From Candidatus Sysuiplasma jiujiangense (GTDB lineage: Archaea; Thermoplasmatota; Thermoplasmata; Sysuiplasmatales; Sysuiplasmataceae), in the NCBI GenBank assembly GCA_019721075.1, contig JAHEAD010000017.1:1-42610 (forward strand): a stretch of DNA of 42,610 nucleotides, given 5' to 3'. How positions within the stretch are numbered: position 1 is the first letter of the stretch; each line of letters starts with the position of its first letter. Positions 26,420 to 41,400 of the stretch are shown here, piece by piece. Below the pieces are notes generated by a model. It saw only the letters and a list, made by a program, of their open reading frames with translations. It did no database searches and was not told the origin of the DNA. The translations under genes were made by a program, and so were the position numbers.

Positions 26420-26992
26420 TTGGCTGCCGTGGATTTGCTCTCATCAATAGCCGACGCGGTATGGTTCTTCCTTCCGGCCATGCTGCCGAATACGGGTGCA
26501 GCAATATTCGGCGGAGGTAAACCGATAGACATGGGGAGGATGTGGAGAGGAAACAGACTGCTAGGAGACGGAAAGACCTGGCGTGGTCTTTTCACGGGCA
26601 TTCTCTCCGGGGTGCTGCTCGGCTACCTCGAGAGTCTGATCGGTGCTTTCATCGGCGGACCGGTTTCGGCGGTTTACAGGATTTCGCCTTACATACTGCC
26701 CGTGCTCCTCTCGCTTTCCGCCGGCTCGATGCTCGGCGACATATGCGGCGCGTTTGTAAAAAGGAGGATGGGGCTCGAAAAGGGCGCGAGCGTCCCAATC
26801 CTGGACCAGTACGATTTTGCCGCAGGCGCCTTTCTCCTTGCACTGCTTGTATCGGCAGGCAGCGTGATGCGTTTCCTCATCGACGGTTATGCGCTTGCGG
26901 GTTTTGCGGTTGCGCTGATAATAATTTATCCGCTGCACAGAATAATCAACTACATCGGATACAGGAGAGGGCTGAAGAGCGTTCCCTGGTAA
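26420..26992 (+). CDS. carS: CDP-archaeol synthase
   Basis: LPAM.PN..A, PID.G, RLLGDGKTWRG, GD...AFVKRR.G..KG...PILDQYDF, K.VPW. Confidence 0.93.
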   Translation: MAAVDLLSSIADAVWFFLPAMLPNTGAAIFGGGKPIDMGRMWRGNRLLGDGKTWRGLFTGILSGVLLGYLESLIGAFIGGPVSAVYRISPYILPVLLSLSAGSMLGDICGAFVKRRMGLEKGASVPILDQYDFAAGAFLLALLVSAGSVMRFLIDGYALAGFAVALIIIYPLHRIINYIGYRRGLKSVPW

Positions 26993-27031
26993 GCATTTTA
27001 CTATGATTGCAGCATTGCATGGGCTGATTGA

Positions 27032-27547
27032 ATGGAACTGATGCAAAAACTGATTGAATCGGGCGCGCTGATGTTCGGGGAATTCAGGCTGACTTCCGGC
27101 GCAACAAGCAGCTACTACGTCAATATCAAGAAAGCATACACGCAGCCTGCCGTGCTCAGAATGATTGCCGGTGCGATGGCACCGCATGTTCAGGGCAGCA
27201 GGGTCGCCGGAATGGAGCTTGGAGCAATACCCATCGTTGTCGCGGTCTCACTTGAGACAGGGAAGCCTTTCTCAATGATCAGGAAGGAGGGCAGGGAACA
27301 CGGCACGAAAAGCCTGATCGAGGGGGAAATAGCCGCGGGCGAAACAGTCGACATACTGGAGGATGTCAGCACAACGGGCAGATCCATACTGAAATCAGCA
27401 GACCAGGTCAGGGATGCCGGCGGAAGGGTGGAGCGTGCGATAGTGGTTGTGGACAGGGGAGAGGGGGCGGAGGAACTTCTGAAGGCAGAGAGAATAAGAC
27501 TTGTGCCTCTCATCGACGCGCAGACGCTCCTGAAAGGGGGAAAATAA
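27032..27547 (+). CDS. pyrE: Orotate phosphoribosyltransferase
   Basis: FGEF.LTSG..S.YY, RKE...HG, LEDV.TTG.S PRPP motif, VVDR.EG. Confidence 0.95.
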   Translation: MELMQKLIESGALMFGEFRLTSGATSSYYVNIKKAYTQPAVLRMIAGAMAPHVQGSRVAGMELGAIPIVVAVSLETGKPFSMIRKEGREHGTKSLIEGEIAAGETVDILEDVSTTGRSILKSADQVRDAGGRVERAIVVVDRGEGAEELLKAERIRLVPLIDAQTLLKGGK

Positions 27548-27663
27548 GACTGGTGCCCGGTACCCGTTCCTTGCTGTCCGTCTTTGGTCCCCTCCCTATC
27601 CCGCTGCACATCGTCGTACACCGTGTTTGTGCAGAAAAATGACGGGGCCTGTATACCGAATAC

Positions 27664-27675
27664 TATATATATAAA
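27664..27675 (+). promoter_or_regulatory. TATA box of the RNA polymerase operon
   Basis: TATATATATAAA in the pyrE-rpoH gap, about 37 nt before ATG27712. Confidence 0.6.
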
Positions 27676-27711
27676 TCACCATTAGCATTGAATTACCGGA
27701 CGAGATTGGAC

Positions 27712-27972
27712 ATGCCCCCTTTTAATATTTTAAATCATGAAATGGTACCTGAGCACCGTCTTTTGACCGATGCTGAAACTGTAAAAATTTTGAAGAAACT
27801 GGGAATAACAAGAGAGCAGCTGCCAAAGATCAAACTGGGAGACCCTGCGATAAGGGTTCTCGAGGCGACCTCCAAGGAGAAGGGCAGCATACAGGAGGGC
27901 AGGGTCGTCGAAATCAGGCGGAAGAGCAAGACAGCGGATATATTTGTCGCTTACAGGCTGATAACGAGATAA
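27712..27972 (+). CDS. rpoH: RNA polymerase subunit H (Rpo5)
   Basis: HEMVPEH, QLPKI...DPA, VVEI.RKS.TA...AYR. Confidence 0.96.
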   Translation: MPPFNILNHEMVPEHRLLTDAETVKILKKLGITREQLPKIKLGDPAIRVLEATSKEKGSIQEGRVVEIRRKSKTADIFVAYRLITR

Positions 27973-28011
27973 ACGGATGAAGCCGATCAATCTATTCGGA
28001 GTGTGTTTTGA

Positions 28012-31000
28012 TTGAAGGAACTGGTATTTTCGTATTTCAAAGAGAGAAGCATTGTAAACCACCATATCGCGTCGTTTGATGATTTCCTGAGCACGTACAT
28101 GAATGCGAACAGCAGAATGCAGAGGATCGTCGACAACGCAAGGGTAAGCCCGGAGGACATGGAGCGCGGAGTGATCCGCCTCGATCCGGAAAAGACGGAC
28201 GGAAAGCTGATTGAGATAAGATTCGGCAGGAGAAGGGACGATAAGACGGGGCAGATAGATCCCGTCGCGAAGCCTACGATTACAGTGAAGAAGCCGATTG
28301 TGAGGGAGGCGAACGGCGCCAGCCATGAACTCAAGCCGATGGAGGCAAGACTCAGAAATCTCAACTACCAGGCTCCGATATTCCTGGAGTTCACAGTCAT
28401 AGAGGATGGCATTGAAAGAGAGTCGGACAGCGTGCATATCGGCGATCTGCCCATAATGGTGAAGAGCAGGGCGTGCAACCTGACCAGAGACAACATACTT
28501 GAGGAGGGCGCGGAGAGGGAGCTCACGCCGCAGGAATACATATCGAGGCTTCAGCAGGAGGGCGAGGACCCGCTTGACCCCGGCGGATACTTCGTGATCG
28601 GCGGAACCGAACGCGTGCTGATAACGCTCGAAGATCTTGCGCCGAACAGGATACTCGTCGAGTACAACGAGCGCTACGGAACAAGGATACAGGTGGCGAA
28701 GGTCTTTTCGCAGAAGGAGGGCTACAGGGCTCTCACCGTTGTCGAGAAAAAGAAGGACGGCGTGCTGATGGTTTCTGTTCCTGCTGCATCCGGACAGATA
28801 CCGCTCATCATACTGATGAAGGCGCTGGGCATGGAAAAGGACAACGAAATATTCGAATCCATTGTCAGCGATCCGAGGATGGAGGAGATTGTCTACGCCA
28901 ACATAGAGGATGCGCAGGACAAGAAAAATTTTCCGCCCAACGGCATATACACGACAGAGGATGCGCTGGGCTACCTCGAGAAGAAATTCGCGACCGGGCA
29001 GGCAAAGGAATTCAGGGTCAAGAAGATCGAGTCGATAATAGACAGATCACTGCTTCCGCATCTCGGCGACACGGCCGAGGACAGGCTGAAGAAGGCGGTG
29101 TTCCTCGGCAGGATAGCAAGGAACGTGCTCGAACTCTCCCTGGGAATACGCAGGGAGGATGACAAGGACCACTATGCGAACAAGAGGCTCAAGCTTGCAG
29201 GTGACCTGATGGAGGATCTTTTCAGGGTTGCGTTTACGAACCTCATCAAGGATCTCAAGTACCAGCTCGAGAGGAGCGTTGCGCGCAAGAAGGATATCAA
29301 AATACAGAGTGCCATAAGACCCGATCTGCTGACACACAGGCTGCTGCATGCACTGGCAACAGGCAACTGGGTGGGCGGAAGGGCGGGCGTGAGCCAGCTG
29401 CTCGACAGAACCTCAAACATGTCCACCGCAAGCCATCTGAGGAGGGTAACCAGTCCGCTGACGAGGAGTCAGCCGCACTTTGAGGCAAGGGATTTGCACC
29501 CCACACAGTGGGGAAGGCTGTGCCCCAATGAAACGCCCGAAGGGCAGAACTGCGGCCTTGTCAAGAACGCAGCGCTCATCGTTGATGTGTCCGAGGGCAT
29601 ACCCGAATCCGAGGTTATCATACAGCTGCGCGATCTCGGCGTCCGGGAAGCGAAATTTTCGGAGATGATGGAGCAGACGAGGGTCTACGTGAACGGCGAC
29701 CTCATAGGCGTGGTAAGGGACGGCGAAAAGCTCGTAGGCGAGATCAGGGAGAGAAGGAGGACAGGCAAGATATACGGGCAGCGTTCCCATGAACTCAATG
29801 TCCATTTTGACCGCACGACCAACGATGTGTACATCAACTGCGACGAAGGCAGACTCAGGAGACCGCTTGTCGTCGCCAGGAACGGCACCACTTTGCTCAA
29901 CTACCACGTGCTCAGGGAGGTCGGAGAGGGAAGGAGGGGGTGGGGCGAACTCATAAGAGGCGGCCTGGTTGAGTGGATTGACGCCGAGGAGGAAGAGGAC
30001 AGCTACATCTGCGTCGAGCCGTTCACCATTCCGGAGAAATGCCCGCACTGTTCATCCATTCTTTCATCGGGCGACGTCAGATGGATAAACATGGGCATGC
30101 AGGAAAGCGATGCAAAGCTCGAATGCGTAAGATGCAGCGGCACTTTTTCCTCCACGCTTCTTCTCTCAAAGGACCATACGCACCTTGAGGTCGACCCCAT
30201 GGTCATACTCGGTGTCTGCGCCGGTCTTGTTCCCTACCCCGAGCATAACGCTTCACCAAGGGTGACCATGGGTGCCGGCATGGCAAAGCAGTCTCTGGGA
30301 CTCGGCGCATCGAACTACAGGCTGAGACCCGATACGAGAGGGCACCTGCTCCACTATCCGCAGAAACCGCTTGTCCAGACCACCCAGATGAACTTCACCG
30401 GTTTCAACGAGCGCCCGGCAGGACAGAATTTCGTTGTCGCAATCATATCGCACTACGGCTACAACATGCAGGATGCCGTCATAATGAACAGAGGCTCCAT
30501 AGAACGCGGCCTGGGCCGATCAAGCTTTTTGAGGAGCTACAGAGCGGAGGAGCGCCGCTATCCCGGCGGGCAGGAGGATCACTTCGAGATACCAAGTCCC
30601 GATGTCAGGGGCGCAAGGGCGGATGTCGCCTACAGCAACCTTGGCGAGGACGGACTCATATCGCCCGAGACGTTTGTCAACGGCGGCGATGTGCTCATAG
30701 GCAAGACCTCGCCTCCCCGTTTCCTTGAGGAGGAGACAGATTTTCTGACACCGCAGAAGAGAAGGGAGACCTCAATAACGGTCAGGGCAGGCGAGTCCGG
30801 ATATGTGGACAGCGTCATACTCACTGAATCGGAAAACGGCTCGAGACTCGTCCGCGTCAAGGTGAGGGATGAAAGAATACCCGAGCTGGGGGACAAATTC
30901 GCTTCCAGGCATGGCCAGAAGGGAGTGGTCGGCCTTCTCGTTCCGCAGGAATCGATGCCGTTCACATGCGACGGTTCCGTCCCTGACCTGATCATCAATC

Positions 31001-31625
31001 CGCACAGCATTCCGTCGAGAATGACGGTCGCGCATGTGCTCGAGATGGTCGGCGGCAAGGTTGCATCCCTTTCGGGCAGGTTCGTTGACGGAACGGCGTT
31101 TTCCGGGGAGAAGGAGGAATCGCTCAGGAGCGAACTGCTGAAGATGGGCTTCCGCAACAACGGCAAGGAAGTGATGTATGACGGCACCACGGGCAGGATG
31201 ATACAGGCTGAGATATTCATCGGTGTAATCTACTACCAGAAACTTCACCACATGGTCTCAGGAAAACTGCATGTCAGGAGCAGGGGACCCGTCCAGATAC
31301 TGACCAGGCAGCCGACGGAGGGAAGGTCGAGGCAGGGCGGACTGAGGTTCGGTGAAATGGAGAGGGATACGCTGATTGCACATGGCGCGGCCATGGTAAT
31401 CAAGGACAGGCTGCTTGACGAGTCGGACGGCACATACCAGTATGTGTGCGGCAACCCGGACTGCGGCCACATCGCATACGTGGACAGGAGGGGACTGGTA
31501 CGCTGTCCTGCGTGCGGCAACACATCAAACATACATCTCATACAGACGAGCTACGCCTTCCTTCTTCTCATGTATGAACTCATGTCGCTTGGTGTTGTGA
31601 TGCGCCTGCAGCTGGAGGATTTGAA

Positions 31626-31629
<4 letters not shown>
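28012..31629 (+). CDS. rpoB: RNA polymerase subunit B (Rpo2), unsplit
   Basis: [67 protein letters not shown]-terminal Zn finger. Confidence 0.99.
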
Positions 31630-35776
<4,147 letters not shown>

Positions 35777-35781
35777 TACGA

Positions 35782-36057
35782 ATGGATATGGACAATGCAA
35801 TCAGGCTCGCGGTGGCAGACGGCAAGGTGGTCATTGGCGAAAGGGAAGTCGCGCGCTGTCTCGAGAAGAAGAAGGCCAAAGCGCTCGTTTACGCGTCAAA
35901 CGCGCCGGAAGCGCTGCACTATTCAAGGCTCAGGAGCGTAAAGACGTACAGGTACTCCGGCGGGAGCGTTGAACTTGGAGTGGCCTGCGGAAAACCGTTC
36001 ACCGTGTCCGTGGTTGCCATCACGGACGATGCTTCCGCATCGCTGCTCGGAGCGTAA
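35782..36057 (+). CDS. rpl30e: 50S ribosomal protein L30e
   Basis: GKVVIG, ASNAP, ELG.ACGKPF.VS; canonical position after rpoA2 (alternative GTG start at 35773). Confidence 0.93.
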   Translation: MDMDNAIRLAVADGKVVIGEREVARCLEKKKAKALVYASNAPEALHYSRLRSVKTYRYSGGSVELGVACGKPFTVSVVAITDDASASLLGA

Positions 36058-36071
36058 TCTTCTTGCAGAAG

Positions 36072-36488
36072 ATGAAATTCAATTCGGAAACACTCCGCTA
36101 CATATCACTGTTCGAAAGCGTGACGCACTGCCAGGTCAAGGACTGCCTCGACACGCCTGACAAGCTTGTTTTCGTTGTCGTGCCTGGACAGGCGCAGAGG
36201 GCTGTGGGCGCGAAGGGCGCAAACGCCATCAAGATGAAGCAGCTTACAGGCAAGGACATACAGATCATAGAGTTTTCCGACGAGCCGATACAGTTCGTAA
36301 AGAATGTTTTCCACAGCTACGGCGTAAAGGACGTAGTGCTTGAGGAAAGGGGAAACATCGTCCACGCAACAGTGACGGTCGATCCGGCTGTCAAGGGAAG
36401 GGCCATAGGCAAGGACGGCAAGAACCTGAGGATTGCCAGGGACATCGTCAACAGGCACCACAACATACAGAGCGTCAGCGTTGCGTAA
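36072..36488 (+). CDS. nusA: Archaeal NusA (KH-domain transcription factor)
   Basis: YI.LFE..T...VKDC, AVG.KG.N, AIGKDGKN; canonical position. Confidence 0.95.
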   Translation: MKFNSETLRYISLFESVTHCQVKDCLDTPDKLVFVVVPGQAQRAVGAKGANAIKMKQLTGKDIQIIEFSDEPIQFVKNVFHSYGVKDVVLEERGNIVHATVTVDPAVKGRAIGKDGKNLRIARDIVNRHHNIQSVSVA

Positions 36489-37545
36489 TTTCTCTCCTCT
36501 CGACTTCAGTTCTCTCGGCAGTGGGGTATTCCTCGACGATAAAAATCCTTTCGCCGGCCTCGGGCGCGATCTCCTCGGCTATCCATGGTGCTATTTCCAC
36601 CCTGTTCCGCTCGCTGTCCAGCCTTATGAATCTGTCAGGAATGCCGAATCTCTTCTTGAGATCCGCAAGCGACCTCCCGGGACTGCTGTTTTCTATGACT
36701 GCCCTGAGCAGCGTTCCGTCCTGCGTCACAACATCGCCGCTCCATCTGACCACCGAAGCCATGCGCTTTATGCGCTCCCTGAGCTGCACTGAATCCTTGA
36801 ATCTGGAAGGGCAGTAATGGACCGGAATCGGGAAGGTGCGGCGCACTGTCATCTCGGCCATTTCGTCGCTCCCTCTGATTGAGTTGGAATAATCGTTCGC
36901 GAGTTCGAAACCCCTGGCCCTGAGGTTTGATGCGTTGCTCTCTGACATTTCGAGCTCGTTGAGGTTAGCAAACTGGGCGCCCGCCAGTGCAGCGCTTTCT
37001 ATCAGGGCGGAAAGTTCCTTTTCGTATCCTGGTATGGCCGGCACTTCGAGTCCGACCCTCATACCGAGCCTCCTTCCCTCCGAAATCATGCGCTCGAAGT
37101 TTGTCCCATGGAACCTCTGCCATGTAGATTCGGGCGGATGGACCCTCAGTTCATCGAGACCCGCATCGGCAACGGCCGGCAGTGCGGAAACGGTGGGCCT
37201 TCCCGTGTAGAGATGGATATGGTGGGAGTGCCCGAAATTTTCTTTCAGCAGCCTGATGTAATGTGCCGTTCTCTCCGGAACAATGAGCGGATCGCCCCCC
37301 GTGATCCCGGTACCAAGCGCGTTCATCTTTCTTGCTTCGTCGATAATATCGCCGTCTTCATGGACGACACGCTCGTTTGCATACACAACGTCGTGGTTGG
37401 CCCTCCTGAACGAAACTGGACAGTAGAAGCAGCCTACATCGCAGACGCCGGTGACGAACAGCACCATCTTTGCTCCCCTGATGCACTGCGTGCAGCCTCT
37501 CGTGAGCGTTCCTGAATAGAGACCGTCTCCCGGTGTCTTCCTCAT
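36475..37545 (-). CDS. Uncharacterised archaeal radical SAM protein (COG2108-like)
   Basis: GC.QC..G.KMVLFVTG then CxxxCxxC (CDVGCFYC), ITGGDP, HIHLYT, LDELR.HP, NLNELE, VHYC...FKD.VQ; ATG37545 is the likely start. Confidence 0.9.
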   Translation of the reverse strand: MRKTPGDGLYSGTLTRGCTQCIRGAKMVLFVTGVCDVGCFYCPVSFRRANHDVVYANERVVHEDGDIIDEARKMNALGTGITGGDPLIVPERTAHYIRLLKENFGHSHHIHLYTGRPTVSALPAVADAGLDELRVHPPESTWQRFHGTNFERMISEGRRLGMRVGLEVPAIPGYEKELSALIESAALAGAQFANLNELEMSESNASNLRARGFELANDYSNSIRGSDEMAEMTVRRTFPIPVHYCPSRFKDSVQLRERIKRMASVVRWSGDVVTQDGTLLRAVIENSSPGRSLADLKKRFGIPDRFIRLDSERNRVEIAPWIAEEIAPEAGERIFIVEEYPTAERTEVERREITQR

Positions 37546-37698
37546 GACAGGGATGGTAAAATGAGGAGATATATCTACATTCACAATGCACACACGGCAG
37601 TGCTTCCACTTCCGGAAGTAAACGGAACGGCGGATGGAGGTCGGACGCGTGCTGCTGTTGCGCATCGGTTATTAGGGAAATCATCAATCCAGGGCATC

Positions 37699-38283
37699 AT
37701 GAAGAAGGGAGTCAGATATCTCGTGAGGCTTGCCAATTCCGATCTCATCGACGTTTCCAGATACGCGATGGTAAGGGAAAGACTGCGCAGGATCCTGGAA
37801 ACTGAAGAGTGCAGAATCAACAGCTCACGCATCTCAGGCACCGCAATCGAGGTTGATTATTTCGCACCCGACAGGAAAACGGCTGAAAAGTCGGCCGGCA
37901 TCCTTTCCAGAATCGACAGGGTGCTGACAGTTAAGTGCCTGTCGGACGAAAACAGGGCGGATCGGAAAAGGGAGGATGTCATGGAGGAGGCAAGGGCACT
38001 GTTCAATGAGGAGAGATTCTGGGAGGTACACGAGGTCGTGGAAGGGGAATGGAAAAAGGCCGAGGGAGAGGAGAAGGAGATACTTCAGGGCATAATACTC
38101 TACGCTGCGGCGTATGTGCACCATCAGAAAAACGAAAAGGAGACAGCGCTGAGAATGCTCAGGAGGGCAGTGGAAAAACTCGGCGTTTCCTCCGACATAT
38201 ACTTCTGTTTTGACCTCGGGAAAATGAGGGAAATGGAACGGACAATTGCGGCAAAAAAGAACATCGAAATATTCAGACTCTGA
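37699..38283 (+). CDS. DUF309 domain protein with an extra N-terminal domain
   Basis: LFNEERFWEVHEV.E..W, LQG.I..AAA.VH; ATG37699 is the likely start. Confidence 0.85.
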   Translation: MKKGVRYLVRLANSDLIDVSRYAMVRERLRRILETEECRINSSRISGTAIEVDYFAPDRKTAEKSAGILSRIDRVLTVKCLSDENRADRKREDVMEEARALFNEERFWEVHEVVEGEWKKAEGEEKEILQGIILYAAAYVHHQKNEKETALRMLRRAVEKLGVSSDIYFCFDLGKMREMERTIAAKKNIEIFRL

Positions 38284-38433
38284 GCGCCGGAAAGGATCCT
38301 GCCGGCAGCGAGGCAATCATGTCAGGATTTGTCACTCATTGGTTATCCAGAACGCCTGTGTGGCGGCGGATGCTGTTTTTGCATCCGGCAATTTGGATTA
38401 ATAATAAATACAGCGATCCGTTTTCCACTCACT

Positions 38434-41400
38434 ATGACGGGTAAAACAGTTGCTTTCAGTATAGCTGTTGCGCTTGTCCTGGTGATCTCCGGCGCGTTTG
38501 CTTTCGCAGTAACCGCCGTTCATCCGGCCAGCGCAGGAACAAACGCGGTTGCATATTCGCAGCAGGGCAGCGGAATTTCCTCTGCAGGCGGGACGGCATT
38601 ATCCAGTTCTTCTTCATCGCCCCAGACGACGGGTTCCGGCGTGTCATCCGGCGCAGGACCATATCCCAAATCCGCTGCGGCGACTTCTCCGTACATAACG
38701 GCGGCGAAGAATGCTGGAGTGCCGCTTCAGTATGTCTACATACCGGCACCGAAAAGGGCACCGATAATCAACGGTAATGTAGTAATGCCGGGCTATGCAC
38801 AGGGACCGGCACCGTTCGGTATCGGCGCATATGGAATAAGGAATGTTTCCGGAACGCTCGAGCCGTTTATGTACACGACAACTGCATTCAATTCAAGCTT
38901 CAACGCAACACAGCTGAATGCGTTTGATGTTAATTCCTTTGATCCGAACGGCCTGACTGTACAGCTCAACGCAGTCCTCACTGGAACGACTGTCGACGGT
39001 GTAACAGGCTACACATACTGGACGCAGAACGTGATGTTCTACGACAGTTATGCACATCAGTTCGAAATGGTTGACAACATATGGAATTTCAGTTCTCCCA
39101 GAGCAACTATGCCTTCTTCAACCATCTACAGCCACACCGCTTCGCAGCAAGCGTATCCTTACGCCTACATCGGCGTCGGGCCGGTAATCAATAACGTGAG
39201 CACGCCCTTTGTCGCAAACCTGTCGCTGCAGTCCGCGGTGGTCGACGGAATGAGCGCCGTTTTCTTCAACTACACATTAACGTTCACCAACTCCAGCACG
39301 GGTAAAATGCAGCAGATTGGCGGCGTCTTCGACGAAGTTCTTTTCAATTCACTCAACGGCGTCCTCGGCTATTCCGCACCCCTTCCGGTATACAGGGTTG
39401 ACGGCGGAAACCTCACGCCGACCGGATACATCCCCTACGATGCCGAAGTAGGCATTATAGGCCCGGGCGGCGGAAGCCAGATCAACATACAGACGATAAG
39501 CGGAACACTCAACCTGGATTACAAAAATGCTGCCGGCAAGATGGTGAACGTTCCGAGCGCATACGACATTGGCTCAGAAACAGGCGAAACCTCGACCGGA
39601 ATTGCGGAAGCGTGGCAACCGTCCGGAACGGTGACACTTTCCTCGGGCCCGTCGCTTGTCTACGGCATGTGGGACATTGCACCGTTCAGCGGCGTGACGC
39701 ATTACACCGGGACAATCAGCCCTGCCAATGCATTCATGTTCGTGAGCCCCGGCAGTTCCCTTTCGCTGGGGCAGTATGGATATGTCACGACTTCGACCGG
39801 AGGCAAATACAGCTTCTGGCTGCCTACGGGGACGTACTCGCAGGGAGTGATGATGAGCTACCGCAACCCTGAATCCGGCCCTCTTTCGCAGTCCGAGAAC
39901 ATCGTTCTCACCATGAACTCAGCAATGGGCGTCTACACGCCGCTGTACGCCATGGGCAATGCTGAAGCTGCAAACATATCGCTCTCCGGGAACGGGACGC
40001 TCGGGAATCCCTATCTCGCATACAGCAACCAGCCGGGATACATCAGCCCGTATTTCGGCATGATGAATGTTTACGGCTTCCCCGTATTTTCAGGCATACA
40101 GATTGCAGACACGGACGTTTACATCAATTTCAACAATTCACCTTCATTCAGCATCCTGTACGAGCAGCCGCAGACCTCTCTTTACCTCGGGCTGCTGTAC
40201 TTCGTTCCCTCCGTAAACAATCTCGGCTATGTATTCTACAACACATCGAACCTTTCGGTATACGGTGCGAAACTCATAACAGGCACCATCCCCGCCGACT
40301 ATGCGGCGGGCTTCTACGGCGCAAATATAATGATGTGGAATTCAACGCACGATCTCATTGCGAACTCAACCTTCGTGGGCAATGTCTTCTTGCCATTTCA
40401 GATCTCCGTCCTTATCTATGATACGGGTACAATGAACGGCACCAACGTACTGTTCGGCAACCACTTCCTGGACAGCTCGCTCAGCTTTGGTCTGGGAATT
40501 GCAAGCTCAGGCAATCTCATATTCAACAACTACTTTGCAGACCAAGCAGCGAATGTCATTCAGTTCCCGTTTAATCTTTACACGCTTACCTCCATCCTTT
40601 ACGTAGATACCTGGAATGTCACTCCTGCACTTACCAGCACATTCGTCTACCATTTCAACGGCTACAACCTCAAGGGAAACATAGTAGGGAATGCAACAAT
40701 GGGCGGCAACTTCTGGAATGACTTTGTCCCCGGCGTGAGCACCTTACCCTTTAACGACAACGGCAACATATTTGTCGGCGGGGATTATGCTCCTGTCACG
40801 TACTCCGGCGCTTCGTATGCGCCATATGTCCCGCTCATATTCTTCGAAACTGGGCTTGCGGCCGGCCAGTCATGGTCTGTAAATCTGTCAGGTTATGTAC
40901 AGACAACCACATCCAACATGATGACTTTCTATGTTCTTCCGAATGCAGTCTACAGCTATATCGTCGGGAACGTGTCGGGATACATTGATTTCTTCGGAAA
41001 CCCCGGTTCGGTATTCGCATCGTCCGGTGCAAACGTGGTCAGTCTGCTGTTTCTGCCGTACTACACAATAACGCTGAAGGAAACAGGCCTGCCCGCGGGA
41101 TACAGCTGGGAAGGGGCTATCCTTTATCGCGGGATTTTCCCAGTCACAAGCAACACGAGCAGTACTGACGTGATGACATTCGAATGGGTGCCCGGTACAT
41201 GGTACCTCGGTGTATCGCCAACAGGCTACTACTACAATTTCCCGGAGTACTACTCATATTCATTCAACATCACGTATGTTTCGCTCTTCAGCAACGTATC
41301 AGGTACTATGAACATGGCACCGATATACAACAACTTCACGTTCACACCGATAGGCATTGCAACCGGCACGCCGTGGAGCGTAACAGTCTGGACAATGCTG

